DNA from: Octopus bimaculoides
Lineage: Eukaryota
Direction: 5' to 3'
Assembly (NCBI RefSeq): GCF_001194135.2
Contig: NC_068981.1
Coordinates: 102,462,293 to 102,526,292, forward strand
DNA length: 64,000 nt
In this document: piece after piece, positions 26,850 through 38,880 of the stretch
How the letters are laid out: every line of letters begins with the position of its first letter
Position numbering within the stretch: the stretch's first letter is position 1
Notes under the pieces: generated by a model
The model's input: only the letters and a program-made list of their open reading frames with translations
Databases searched by the model: none
Told to the model about the DNA's origin: nothing
Translations under genes and position numbers: made by a program

Positions 26850-27057
26850 ACAAGGATTCTGGATTATTTTTCTGTTCTTTTTACTTAGTTTTTGAGAGTG
26901 GTTGGTTTCATTTTTAGTATTCTCGTTTGTGAGAACAGTCTAGTTTATTTCAGATATTCTCATTTTAAAAATTCTCTCTGGCTAATCGTTGAGAGGACGT
27001 TGGTGTTGCCTTGGCAGAGGTTTGCACTCTCTGAGTGCTCTTGTTATAACTATTATT

Positions 27058-27226
27058 GAGTGAGAGAACAGGGCATGCCATCAAAGTGACACAAGTTTCA
27101 AATATGCGAAGACAAGTATACCTGCCATGACTCCCCCAAGTACATGCATCACAACCATATATGCATGACATGATCTCATATCAAGATAAACAGTTTATGA
27201 CCTTGCCCAGTTAGAATTTTCTTCAG
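27058..27226 (-). mobile_element. 5'-truncated copy of the 540 bp (AAT)n-associated element
   Basis: Matches the 3' 170 nt of 727-1266. Confidence 0.8.
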
Positions 27227-27795
27227 CTTGGATTATTATTATCATCATCATTGTTGTCATCATTGTCGTCATCATCATTATCTTTATTATATTTATAAGG
27301 TTATAATATAAAAGATGAAGAAACTTAAAAATATTCAAAATTATTTTTTCATTAAAAAAAAAATCTGTGAATCTGTGACATTACTAAAGATAATGGCAAA
27401 AAAAAAACAATTTGTCTTGGAATATTTCCAGGTGAAGAAATAGGTTCAAAAATAACTTTGAATAGAGGCTAAAAAATAAAAATTCTAGAATAAGAAGAAA
27501 AAATTATATAAGAATTATACATGAAAAATATTAATTTTTTAAAAAAAGGAAGAAAGCAAGATAAAAAAAAAATAGTAAATCTAAACATAAGTGCCAAATA
27601 AAAACAAAAGATTGTAAGATGAGAAAAGAAAACCCCAAAACAAATTAAAAAACAGAACAAACAAAAGAGAAAAATTTGTCTGCTGTTTGGAATATGGTAA
27701 AACTAATGTTACAAAGGTATGAAGACAAAGAGAGGATGATTAGAAAGAAAAAAAGGAGAGAATGGAGAAATTGCAGGGAGACGGAGAAAGAGAGA

Positions 27796-27845
<50 letters not shown>

Positions 27846-27944
27846 GAGGGAGAGAAGATATCAGAGGATAGAAAGATGGACAAGAGAGAAAGAGGACCTG
27901 TAAGACATTGAATGAAGAACGAAAGATATATAAATATTGATATT

Positions 27945-28290
27945 TCTCTCTCTATCTCTTCTTTGCCTTTTCTTGCTATTCTTCTTTACACACAACTTGT
28001 CTGCTTTGCCCACAATGACATGCACACACACACATGCATACACATATGCATACACATACACAAACATGCACACACACATGTACACACACACCTATGCACA
28101 TACACACATACAATTTATACATAGTTATCAATATTTATGTGTGTTTGTGTATGTGCATGCATGTATCTGTGTGTGTATGTGTGAGTGTATGCATGTGTGT
28201 GTGTGTGTGTGTGCATGTCATTGTGGGCAAAGTAGACAAGTTGAGTGTAAAGAAGAGTAGTGAGAAAAGGCAGAGAAGAGAGAGAAAGAG
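27945..28290. repeat. Inverted repeat, ~170 bp arms
   Basis: CTTCTTTACACACAACTTGTCTGCTTTGCCCACAATGACATGCAC vs GTGCATGTCATTGTGGGCAAAGTAGACAAGTTGAGTGTAAAGAAG. Confidence 0.85.
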
Positions 28291-28313
28291 AGAGAGAGAG
28301 AGAGAGTGAGAGT

Positions 28314-28345
<32 letters not shown>

Positions 28346-28454
28346 TGGTGATGGTCATTATGGTGTTGAAGAGAACTTCAGGGTTGCAGTATAATAATAT
28401 CTGTGTGGAGCTACATGCGCAAGAAATATGTCAGAAGTGATAATAAGTTAGTTC

Positions 28455-28845
28455 CCCAACCCCATGGTTCAGTCCCATTGTGTGGCACCTTGGGCAAGTG
28501 TCTTCTATTATAGCCTCGGGCCAACCAAAGCCTTGTGAAGTGGATTGGTAGAGAGAAACTGAAAAAAACCCTGTTGTATGTATGTATATATATGCGTATG
28601 TATGTGTTTGTGTATGTGTGTGTGTGTGTCTGTGTTTGTCCTCTACCACCACTTGAAAACCAGTGTTGGTGTGTTTATATCCCTATAACTTAGAAGTTCA
28701 GCAAAAGAGACTGATAGAATAAGTACCAGGCTTATAAAAAAAGAATTAAATACTAGGGCTGAATCAGTTGCCTAATAGAATTCCTGGTGGTGCCCCAGTA
28801 TGGCCACAGTCTAATGTCTGAAACAAATAAAACGTGAAGATGCAT
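28455..28845 (+). mobile_element. SINE family B
   Basis: Similarity to 15938-16320. Confidence 0.8.
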
Positions 28846-28871
28846 TAAAAGATATTAAAAAAAAAAAAAAT

Positions 28872-29117
28872 GTGCCCTTTTAAAGCCTAGCCAGGCTCAT
28901 GGGCCCGGTTTCCTGGTTTCAATGGCGTATGTGTTCCCCAGCTGGACAAGACGCCAGTCCATCACAGTGTTACTCATTTTTGCCAGCTGAGTGGACTGGA
29001 GCAACGTGAAATGAAGTGTTTTGCTCAAGAACACAACGTGTCACCCGGTCAAGGAATCGAAACCACAATCTTACGATCATGATGCTGATACCCTAACCAC
29101 TAAGCCACGTGCCTCCA
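28872..29117 (-). mobile_element. SINE family C variant
   Basis: Reverse complement has a tRNA head, GGTTTCGATTCC, TGTTCTTGAGCAAAACAC, and an AAAAGGGCAC end. Confidence 0.8.
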
Positions 29118-29208
29118 GACATTAAAAAATATGCAAATTATATATAATAAATTGCAACCAAGCAGATGATGTAAAAATCCTCTGCAGCCATTATTATTGT
29201 TTTGTTGC

Positions 29209-29428
29209 AAGGCAGAAAGCTGGCAGAATCATTAACATCCTGGGTGAAATGCTTAGCAGCATTTTGTCTATCTTTACATTCTGAGTTCAAATTCCACCGA
29301 GGTCGACTTTGCCTTTCTTCCTTTTGGGGTTGAAAAATTAAGTGCTAGTGAAACACTGGGGTCAATGTAATCAACCAGTCCCCTCCCTCCTGTCAAATTT
29401 CAGGCATTGTGCCTTTAGTAGAAAGGAT
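29209..29428 (+). mobile_element. SINE family A
   Basis: Similarity to 35201-35422. Confidence 0.8.
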
Positions 29429-29699
29429 TATTATTGTTTTGTTGCTGTTGTGTTGAAATGCTGTGTTATATTAATGTTACCCTTGTGACAAATATTACTG
29501 AAATTATTGATTTTTTTCCTTTAAAGATTCCTATACAGAAATTCTCAAACTGATTCATTTCTTGCTTCATTACTTCCCTCCTTCTAGTTATTTTCTTCTA
29601 ACTGTCTTTCTCTCTTTCTTTATTCTTCTTTGTTTGACTTATTGTTTCTGTTTTTTTTCATCTCTGTGTCTTTCATTCACAAGTACATATTTATTTTTA

Positions 29700-30036
29700 T
29701 GATCTCCTTTGGTCATGAATGACCATGGAATTGCACTTAGAAAGTTACCCACCAAGGCACAATTCTGAGCAAGGCCCTTTTATGGAAGACCAGCAGTTGC
29801 CCATGCATACCAGCCTCCCCTCTCCACACCACTGATGTTATCCAAGGGAAAAGCAAAAGCCGATACACCTTGACACCAGTGACATTGCAAATCATTTCTA
29901 CAGCTAAGTGAACTGGAACAACATGAAATAAAGTGTCTTGCTCAAGAACACAACACACAGCCCTGTCTGCAAATTGAACTCACTACCTCACTATTGTGAG
30001 CCCAACGCTCTAAACACTGAGCCACGCACCTTCACA
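29700..30036 (-). mobile_element. SINE family C
   Basis: Similarity to 6284-6581. Confidence 0.8.
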
Positions 30037-31477
30037 CAAGTATATATATACATACATACAAACATGCACAACAGTTAACGTCCACTTTTCCAAACTTCCA
30101 TGGTTTTAGAAAAAATTGTTGAAGCAAATTTTCTATGGCCTGATGCCCTTCTGATCACCCTAACCTGTTTCCTAGCAAGCTAATATTTGTTAATGACTAG
30201 GCAGCAAACTGGAAGAGGTGTTAGTATGCCAGGCAATAGGCTTTGCAGCATTTCATTTGTCTTTACGTTCTGAGTTCAAATTCCATCAAAGTCGACTTTG
30301 ACTTTCATTATTTCAGGGTCAATAAAATAAGTACCAGTTGAGTACTGGGGTTAATGTAATCGATTCAACTCCTTCTCTGAAACTGCTGGTCTTGTGTCAA
30401 AATTTGAAACGAATATTTCTCTATGACTTGATGTTTGCATGAAAGAATGAATAGGAAAAACGCTGCATGTATAATGGTGAGGCTCATTTACAATTATTAC
30501 ATGATATCAAAACAAGCAAGCATGAACACATACACACACATACACATATATACACATGCAAAAACATGCATATATAAACATGCATATATACACATACAGA
30601 CAGACAGGCAGACACATACACATATGTATACATACGTACACACTTATACATATATATGCTTGTGTATGTGTGTGTGTTTTTGTGTGAATGTGTGTGTGTG
30701 TGTGTATATATATATATACAAGCATACATGCATATGTATGTATATATATATACACAATCCATGTTCATTAGTGCTTGTTGTTATAATAAAGCTCTTTGCA
30801 ATACTGATTTGAAAGATAAAATATATCCACAGCTTGAATGCTTCCAAGTGTAAAGATAGCCCATGAAACATATTATATAATCAAAACTTAAGTCTAAATG
30901 TTTCGACACAGTTACTTCTCAAATTTAATTTCTTTTCATTTTTCAGATGACTCACAGATATAAAGTTTTTAATAGAAATTCAATTAAAGTAAGTTCTATT
31001 GATAATTTTAATTCCAAAAGTCTCTTTAACTACAATGATAAAGTCTTCTCTTGTCTCTAATTACCCTCTTCATGGTAAGGGATTTTCAAGACCTCAAATA
31101 TACTGGACCAATGTCAAGCAAGAAAGCAACATGCACTTACATACATACATGTATGTACACATACACCCACATGCAATCAATCACAGTTTTATTTACATTT
31201 TATATCTTATGGTTCTGTAATGTTGGACATTGTCCATTTCCCTTAATTCTTGTAATATTTGTACATCTTCCAGTATTTCCATCATGTGCACCTTCTTATG
31301 CATGCAATTTTTCCTACATGTACATATGCATATGTAAACAATGTGACCATATGTATGTATGTATGAATATATGTGCGTATATATATCTCTCTGTTTGTCT
31401 ATCTATCTACCAACCTCCCTCCCTACCTACCTACATGCAGGCATGCATGCATACACACACACACACATATAGACACA

Positions 31478-31768
31478 TGGGTGAGTGATAAGAGTGTTGC
31501 ACTCATGATTACGAGATTGTGGTTTCGATTCCCAGATGAGGCATTGCATTGTGTTCTTGAGTATAACACCTCATTCTATGTTGTTTTGCGATCATTTTGT
31601 CATCTGGCATATGACATGTCATGCCACATGTACAGATAATGTCGATTTGATGGAGGGAGTGAGCTTATGTGAACACAAACATTCGATAAGCATAAACAAA
31701 TCATCTGTGTGGTTGTTGGCAGGAAATTGCAGAAGCCTCATGTGTTGTCTAATAATGACGAGAGAGTC
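31478..31768 (+). mobile_element. SINE family C variant (different 3' half)
   Basis: tRNA head and TGTTCTTGAG core; divergent tail. Confidence 0.6.
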
Positions 31769-31797
31769 TGTGGTACACACACACACACACATGCATT

Positions 31798-31828
<31 letters not shown>

Positions 31829-33057
31829 TTATGTATATGTATAAATATATATGTGTGTGTGTGTGTATACATATATATATATAAACAGATAGATGAATAG
31901 ATAGACAGGTATAGATGTGGTAGTGTTCTTTGTTCATCTTCCAAACTTTCATGAAAAGATGTCTTGTCATGGGGAATTATTACTTTACCTGGAAACAAGT
32001 GAGGCTTGATGACAGGAAACGCATCCCCCATAGAATATCTAACTAAATAAAATTATTTTCAATCTATGCAATGATGGGAACATGGACATTAAAACAATAA
32101 TGAATGATATGTATGAATGTTTGTGTGTGTTGTGTCGACGTCCCCAAGCAAAGAAGTACGATCACCCAAGAAATATAAATAGAGGTAGTCTAGCCGTGGT
32201 AGAGGGTTGAGTAGCCGTCGTGTGTAGCAGTTGAGGAGAGATCATCCGAAAGTGCTAGATAGCAGTAGCTTGAGACATAACAGTGTGTATGTATATNNNN
32301 NNNNNNTATATACACACACACACACAGAGACATACTATGAGCTTCCCTATAGTTTCTACCTACCAAATTTCACTCAGAAGGCACTGGTCAACCCAGGGTC
32401 AGAGCCACATGGTTGCTAAGCAAATTTAGAAACCAAACTGCCAAGCCGCACTTATGCTATTCCTCTGCTATGTACTAAGCCTGTGCCATTACATACATAC
32501 ATACATATTTATGTATATATATATATTTATATAAATACACATAAGTGTGTATGCCTGTGTGTGCAAAATATTCATACATGCAAATGTGTACATGTGAATG
32601 CATAGATATATCCATACTTTCACACATATACACATATGTATAGAAAGATTTTATGTATTAAAGCAAAATTTTCATATATCAAAAAAATTATCATATTTAT
32701 ATAACAATTTTTTTTATATCTAAATTTTATAAATCTTCTGAATCACATTTCCTTTATGATGTTTCAATAGTGTCTGCTTCTTTTTATTACACTCCACTTT
32801 TCAAGACACTTTTCCTCTTTCTTTTATTAAAGGAATGTTCTGAAAGAGAGCTTAAATTAACAACATTGCCTCTTTCATTGTAAAACTCGCTTCTTAGCTA
32901 ACAAACGAATGTTCCTATGTGGTTGTTTGCTTCTTGGTAATAACAGCCCAGTCCCTTTCTGAAGCCATACCCATCAATCTTGAAACCAAGGACACATATA
33001 ATTTTTTTCTATTATAGTTACAAAGCCTGAAATTTTGTTGGGAAGGGTTAGTCAATT

Positions 33058-33210
33058 CACTAGCATAGCTAGAGAGGGCAGTCTATGTCACTTTTATGGG
33101 GGTAGCACCACTTTTGGTTCTGCTGTAGGTAACATGTATTTTTCGTGGGGGGTTAGGGGCAGCAATCTGAAGGGCTTCCCCGGGTGGCACACATCCTAGC
33201 TACACTAGTG
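33058..33210. mobile_element. Small MITE with 15 bp imperfect TIRs inside a decayed SINE A
   Basis: CACTAGCATAGCTAG ... CTAGCTACACTAGTG (13/15 match). Confidence 0.6.
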
Positions 33211-33864
33211 AGTTGATTACATCAACCCTAGTGCTCAACTGGCACTTACCTTATTCACTCTGAAATTTTTATGAAAGGTAAAGTTGAACTCAGTGACATT
33301 TGAACTCAGAACATAAACTAAAAATTTTGAATGGGATAATCTCAGTTTAAAGAACAACATCTAACTCCTTTTAAACTCTGTATTTATGCTGATCTATCAT
33401 AGTTGACAATGAAATAAAAAAATAATTACCTATCTATTTATCTATTTATTAACCTCACTGTCTGTCTGCCTGTCAGTCAGTCAGTTTGTCTGCTGTCTGT
33501 CTTTTTGTTTTACTTTTTTTTCTAAAATCTTACCTTTATCTCTCATTCTTTATAAACCCTTTTCCTACAATGCAACCAAAAGGCACCTGTGCTGATGACA
33601 TGTAAAAGGCACCCGTGCCAGTGGAATGGTAAAGGCACCTGTGTCACAGACACTTAAATGACACCCAATACACTCTATGGAGTGGCTGGCATCTAGCCAT
33701 AGAGAACGAGCCAAAATAGACAACTGGGGCCTGGTGCAGTTCTCCACCTTACCTGTTTCACTCAAACTATGTAACCCATGCCTGCATGGAAAACGGATGA
33801 TAAATCATAATGATGATGGTAAGCCTGGCACTTATTCTATCAGTCTTTTTTGCTGAACCGCTAA

Positions 33865-34010
33865 TCCTCTTCTATTTCATCAAAAGCTTTGAGTAATATG
33901 TCTCTAAATCTCTGTCCATTCGCAGGATCCTTAAGCTTCCAAATCCTTTTCCATGCTGGTCATCTTTTGGGCGGTCATTTAGCCCTGATATATACAGGCA
34001 TATCCTTTAC
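33865..34010 (-). pseudogene. RTE LINE ORF fragment (between endonuclease and RT)
   Basis: Reads WKRIWKLKDPANGQRFRDILLKAFDEIEE, a 'R..KLKD' linker motif. Confidence 0.55.
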
Positions 34011-34254
34011 AGGTGCCAGTGCCACATAAAATGCAACCGTGCTGGTCCCACATAGACGCATCAGTGCTGGTGGCTAATAAAAAGCACCTAAGCACACCCT
34101 ATGATGGGGCTGGCATTAGGAAGAGCATCTAGCCATAGAAACCATGCCAAAACAGAGTCTGGACTGCTACCTGGATGGCCAGGTCCTTTCACATCATTCA
34201 GCCCATGCCAGTATGGAAAAAGGAAGTTAAATGATAATGACGATGATGATGATG

Positions 34255-34300
<46 letters not shown>

Positions 34301-35200
34301 NNNNNNNNNNNNNNNNNNNNNNNNNNNNNNNNNNNNNNNNNNNNNNNNNNNNNNNNNNNNNNNNNNNNNNNNNNNNNNNNNNNNNNNNNNNNNNNNNNNN
34401 NNNNNATATAGCCATCCGGTTTCACCAGTCCTCAGTCTAATCGTCCAACCCATGCTAGCATGGAAAGCGGACGTTAAACGATGATGATGATGATGATGAT
34501 GATCAACATTTGTTTTTATGTTCAGTTCAGTATGATGGTGGCTTAGCTGGCCACAACTTTGAAGTCAGTTTAGATAATATTCTTGTATAAGAACAATAAA
34601 TATATATACTTACATGCACACATATACATATATACATACATATTTGGCATATGTGTGTGTGTGTGCACAATTTGGTTTGTATATATATATATATATATAT
34701 ACATAAATGCATATATACATGTCATTTAATTTTGGCTTATAGTTTTTTTATTCAATATTTTTACTCTGTTACAAATGTGCGACTTCTTTGTATAACTCTC
34801 CTCCATTCAAGTTCTATTTCTCATCTTTCTTTCATAGCAGCAATGTTCTGGAAGACAGCTTAGCCTAACAACATCGCCTCTTCATTGCCTCATTTGTATT
34901 TATGCTCTTCTATAATCGGCTGGCAGTCAAATAAAATTTCAGATTTATACTTGTTTGGCAAGTGACTTGATCAGGGATTGCGTGTTGAACCAGAAACAAT
35001 AACATTGTGGAAGAGTAATATAATAGTCCCTTAATTCACACTCACATAGACACACAGATATTACAACACTAACTTATGGCTTATATTCTTTCGGCATTGT
35101 ATACTAATAAAGTCTAAAAATATGTCATGATATAATACCAACAATGTTCCACTACATCATGTACATACATACATTTGTACACACATACATATATATGTAA

Positions 35201-35422
35201 AAGGCGGCGAGCTGGCAGAAACGTTAGCATGCCGGGCGAAATGCTTACCGGTATTTCGTCTGCCGCTACGTTCTGAGTTCAAATTCCGCCGAAGTCAACT
35301 TTGCCTTTTATCCTTTTGGGGTCGATTAAATAAGTACCAGTTACGCACTGGGGTCGATGTAATCGACTTAATCCATTTGTCTGTCCCCTCTGTGTGTAGC
35401 CCCTTGTGGGTAGTAAAGAAAT
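35201..35422 (+). mobile_element. SINE family A, near-consensus young copy
   Basis: AAGGCGGCGAGCTGGCAGAAACGTTAGC...GAGTTCAAATTCCGCCG...; CpGs retained. Confidence 0.9.
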
Positions 35423-35640
35423 GACATATATATGTACACACATGCACGCACATCTATCTCTCTCTCTCTCTATATATATATATATACTATAATAATAATA
35501 AATAATTTGGACAAATAAGTATAAGTCAGTTAGTGTGTTTAAATATTGAGTAGAGCACTGGCACAGTTTAGGCTATCTGTTGTCATCTACAGTCATGTTG
35601 AACCTACTCCAGGAACTCTGCATAATATTAATTAACAGGA

Positions 35641-35900
35641 GATGGATTCGGTATTAAATCTTTATTGGGTACAACATGTGTTTTGACCCATCAGTCTGGG
35701 TCTCCTGAGGTACATTGATAAAGAGACATAATTTAATACTAAATCCATCTCCCGTTAATTAATATTTTATATTTTGTGGCTGAAATCTAAGTTCTTGGAA
35801 GTTTGATAAGCGAAAGACGTGAAACCGGTACTCCTAGTTTATTATATAATGTTGTAATAAAAATCTTTGTCTTTGTTTCATTATGATCTTGATAGCATAA
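35641..35900. mobile_element. Penelope pLTR-like relic with two opposed hammerhead-like motifs
   Basis: 19 bp IR (GATGGATTCGGTATTAAAT / ATTTAATACTAAATCCATC); hammerhead-like motifs at 35669-35713 (-) and 35794-35837 (+), each followed by AATAAA. Confidence 0.55.
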
Positions 35901-35960
35901 ATTTTACTATACAAACCTCCTGTACATTTTTACATATTTTTCTTTCTTAAATATATATAT

Positions 35961-35998
<38 letters not shown>

Positions 35999-36004
35999 GT
36001 GAAA

Positions 36005-36260
36005 CTACCTCCCGCCATTAGATACAAACTACTATCGCCATTACATACAATCTTCTCATTTAAATATAAATAAATGCGAGCGTAGTAGAGAACCCATTCC
36101 CTGTCCATCACGTGACTGATCATTATTCGAATCGGCAACTTCTTCGAACCGTTCCCGCCAGAACGCAAACTGACCAATCACGGCCCCTGATAAGGTCACG
36201 TGATGGAGTAAAATTCTAAAGGCATTTGGAGCCCTCTTAACGCTATATATAGATCAACTC
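36005..36260. promoter_or_regulatory. CpG-rich promoter-like segment (E2F, CCAAT, two E-boxes)
   Basis: CTCCCGCC 36009-36016, TTCCCGCC 36152-36159, CCAAT 36174-36178, CCATCACGTGAC 36105-36116 and its reverse complement 36195-36206, TATATATAG ~36244. An assembly gap follows. Confidence 0.55.
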
Positions 36261-37035
36261 NNNNNNNNNNNNNNNNNNNNNNNNNNNNNNNNNNNNNNNN
36301 NNNNNNNNNNNNNNNNNNNNNNNNNNNNNNNNNNNNNNNNNNNNNNNNNNNNNNNNNNNNNNNNNNNNNNNNNNNNNNNNNNNNNNNNNNNNNNNNNNNN
36401 NNNNNNNNNNNNNNNNNNNNNNNNNNNNNNNNNNNNNNNNNNNNNNNNNNNNNNNNNNNNNNNNNNNNNNNNNNNNNNNNNNNNNNNNNNNNNNNNNNNN
36501 NNNNNNNNNNNNNNNNNNNNNNNNNNNNNNNNNNNNNNNNNNNNNNNNNNNNNNNNNNNNNNNNNNNNNNNNNNNNNNNNNNNNNNNNNNNNNNNNNNNN
36601 NNNNNNNNNNNNNNNNNNNNNNNNNNNNNNNNNNNNNNNNNNNNNNNNNNNNNNNNNNNNNNNNNNNNNNNNNNNNNNNNNNNNNNNNNNNNNNNNNNNN
36701 NNNNNNNNNNNNNNNNNNNNNNNNNNNNNNNNNNNNNNNNNNNNNNNNNNNNNNNNNNNNNNNNNNNNNNNNNNNNNNNNNNNNNNNNNNNNNNNNNNNN
36801 NNNNNNNNNNNNNNNNNNNNNNNNNNNNNNNNNNNNNNNNNNNNNNNNNNNNNNNNNNNNNNNNNNNNNNNNNNNNNNNNNNNNNNNNNNNNNNNNNNNN
36901 NNNNNNNNNNNNNNNNNNNNNNNNNNNNNNNNNNNNNNNNNNNNNNNNNNNNNNNNNNNNNNNNNNNNNNNNNNNNNNNNNNNNNNNNNNNNNNNNNNNN
37001 NNNNNNNNNNNATATATATATATATATATATATAT

Positions 37036-38001
37036 TGAAGATGGGTAATATTCTTTATGTTGCATGTTTCATTTCTCTGTTTGTTTTTTTCGTTGTTCGA
37101 AAAAAAGTTCGTTTTCTGTCCTAGTCTTTAAGTTTTCATTTCTCATTGTGTTTAACGTTTTTTGTGATGTCCTGTACTCATATATGCTTGTATGTATACA
37201 TATAGATGTCGGTATGTACATATATGTATGGATATATGCATATAATTATATATTATTTATGTTATTATATGATCGAACATTGCCTCCAAATAAGTTATCT
37301 TATATTTTCTACTGCGCATTCTACTATTATTACTGTCACTTCCCTGTCTCTATCTCCCTCCCTCTCTTGTTCTTCATCCTTTCTATTTTTCTCTCCCAAC
37401 CCTCCCCGATACTTCTCTTCCTTTCACCGTTCTCTCTCTCACTTCTCCTCCTTGACCCTCTCGTCGCTGACACGTGACGAAAGGGATTCTTTCTTTCTAC
37501 TTCCTGCCTAACTGCAGAAAAGACGTGAATTCTTTGTCTCTCTCATTCAAATCTAACTTCGCGTTCAAAAACTTAATAATTTTTCTATCGCCTTGGCCTA
37601 ACAGTCCTTTAAGTTTGTTCTCACTGTCCTGTCTTGTTTTTACTGTCTTGTTCTCACTGTCCTGTTCTTACTGTCCTGTTCTTGTTTACACTTTCACCCA
37701 CCGTGGGAAGAACTGCTCCGACGAAGTCGCGTATTGTCCTTGCCTTCGAAACGCGGAGTAGTTGGAGCAGGGACAACTGAAGATGGGTAATATTCAATGT
37801 TGCATGTCTCATTTCTCTGTTTGTTTCTTTCGTTGTTCGAAAAAAAGTTCGTTTTCTGTCCTCGTCTTTATGTTTTCGTTTCTCATTGTGTTTAACGTTT
37901 TTTGTGATGTCCTGTACCCATAAATGCTTGTATGTATACATATAGATGTCGGTATGTGTATATATGTATGGAAATATGCATATAATTATATATTACTTAT
38001 G
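37036..38001 (+). mobile_element. Non-coding element with ~225 bp terminal direct repeats and a CT-rich body
   Basis: 37036-37262 is repeated at 37778-38001. Homologues at 46107-47153 (-) and 60250-60580. Confidence 0.8.
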
Positions 38002-38052
38002 CACGGCGGTGCAACAGCATGGCCACAGCTCTAAGCTGAAACTATAAACTAT

Positions 38053-38880
38053 ATATTAGGGTAGGTCGATTTTGGAACTGTAATCTTGGACTAGTCTTGA
38101 TAGAAAGGTACTAATGTATACAAAATGTTGCATTAACGCTTATTTATGGAAATTATTGTGTTTTAAAGATTCTCAGTTATTTTTAAGTTGTAAAATAGTA
38201 CAATTTTATTCATAAAAATCCAAACATTGGACCTAGTTTAATAAAAATAACCAATTAAAATTTATCATTTTCAACAAAACAATGCTTGGAACTTGTTTAA
38301 ATGCTTTATAGATGTTTATTGATATATTATTTTGTACTCTCTAATGATATTTGCCTATGAAATGCTTATTAAATTAAATTATTTTCAGATATTTCATAAA
38401 AATGGGTAGAAAAACGAAGTCAGCAGTATTAACTCGAAGTGATAGTGCTAAAACATTCGATGGTCAGCCTTCCCCTTTAGACAAAACAGGTTCTCCTACC
38501 CTCTGCCAAGTTATTCAGTATAGTTAGTTCCTCCAAAACAACCACCCAGACTCGAAAGACTATTATATTGCTAAAATAATAGCAGAGGATGTAATTGGAA
38601 TCTGGCAGGCAGTGAACCCATGGCTGCCCCTGTATGAGGAATATTATGTAATTGGTGGATAAAGTATGCTTCAAGAAAGTAAAAGAGATAAACCGCAAAT
38701 CTCTTTCCACAGTCAAGGAGCAGAATATAGAGGAAAAGCTGGATAAAATGTTTGACATTTCTGCTTGCATCCTGTAAACTACCTGTCGTCCTTGTGATGA
38801 CAATGCTGTGAAGTTCAAGAAAGAAAATTCTGAAGCTCAGCACATAATCTGCATGTGTCCTCCCAGTAAGAAGGTAAAGC
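38053..38880 (+). pseudogene. 5' part of a DNA transposon (hAT/hATm-like) with broken ORF
   Basis: TAGGGTAGGTCGATTTT end; MGRKTK...IWQAVNP.LP...KLDKMFDISAC..C..C.CP..K Cys-rich N-terminus; donor AAG/GTAAAG. Confidence 0.5.

Noticed and set aside
37771-37862. Possible long-stem-II hammerhead inside the terminal repeat (GGACAA-CTGAAGA...GAAAAAAAG...TTTTC-TGTCC)
   Set aside because: Needs a bulge and G-U-rich stems, and it is not conserved in the 46 kb homologue.
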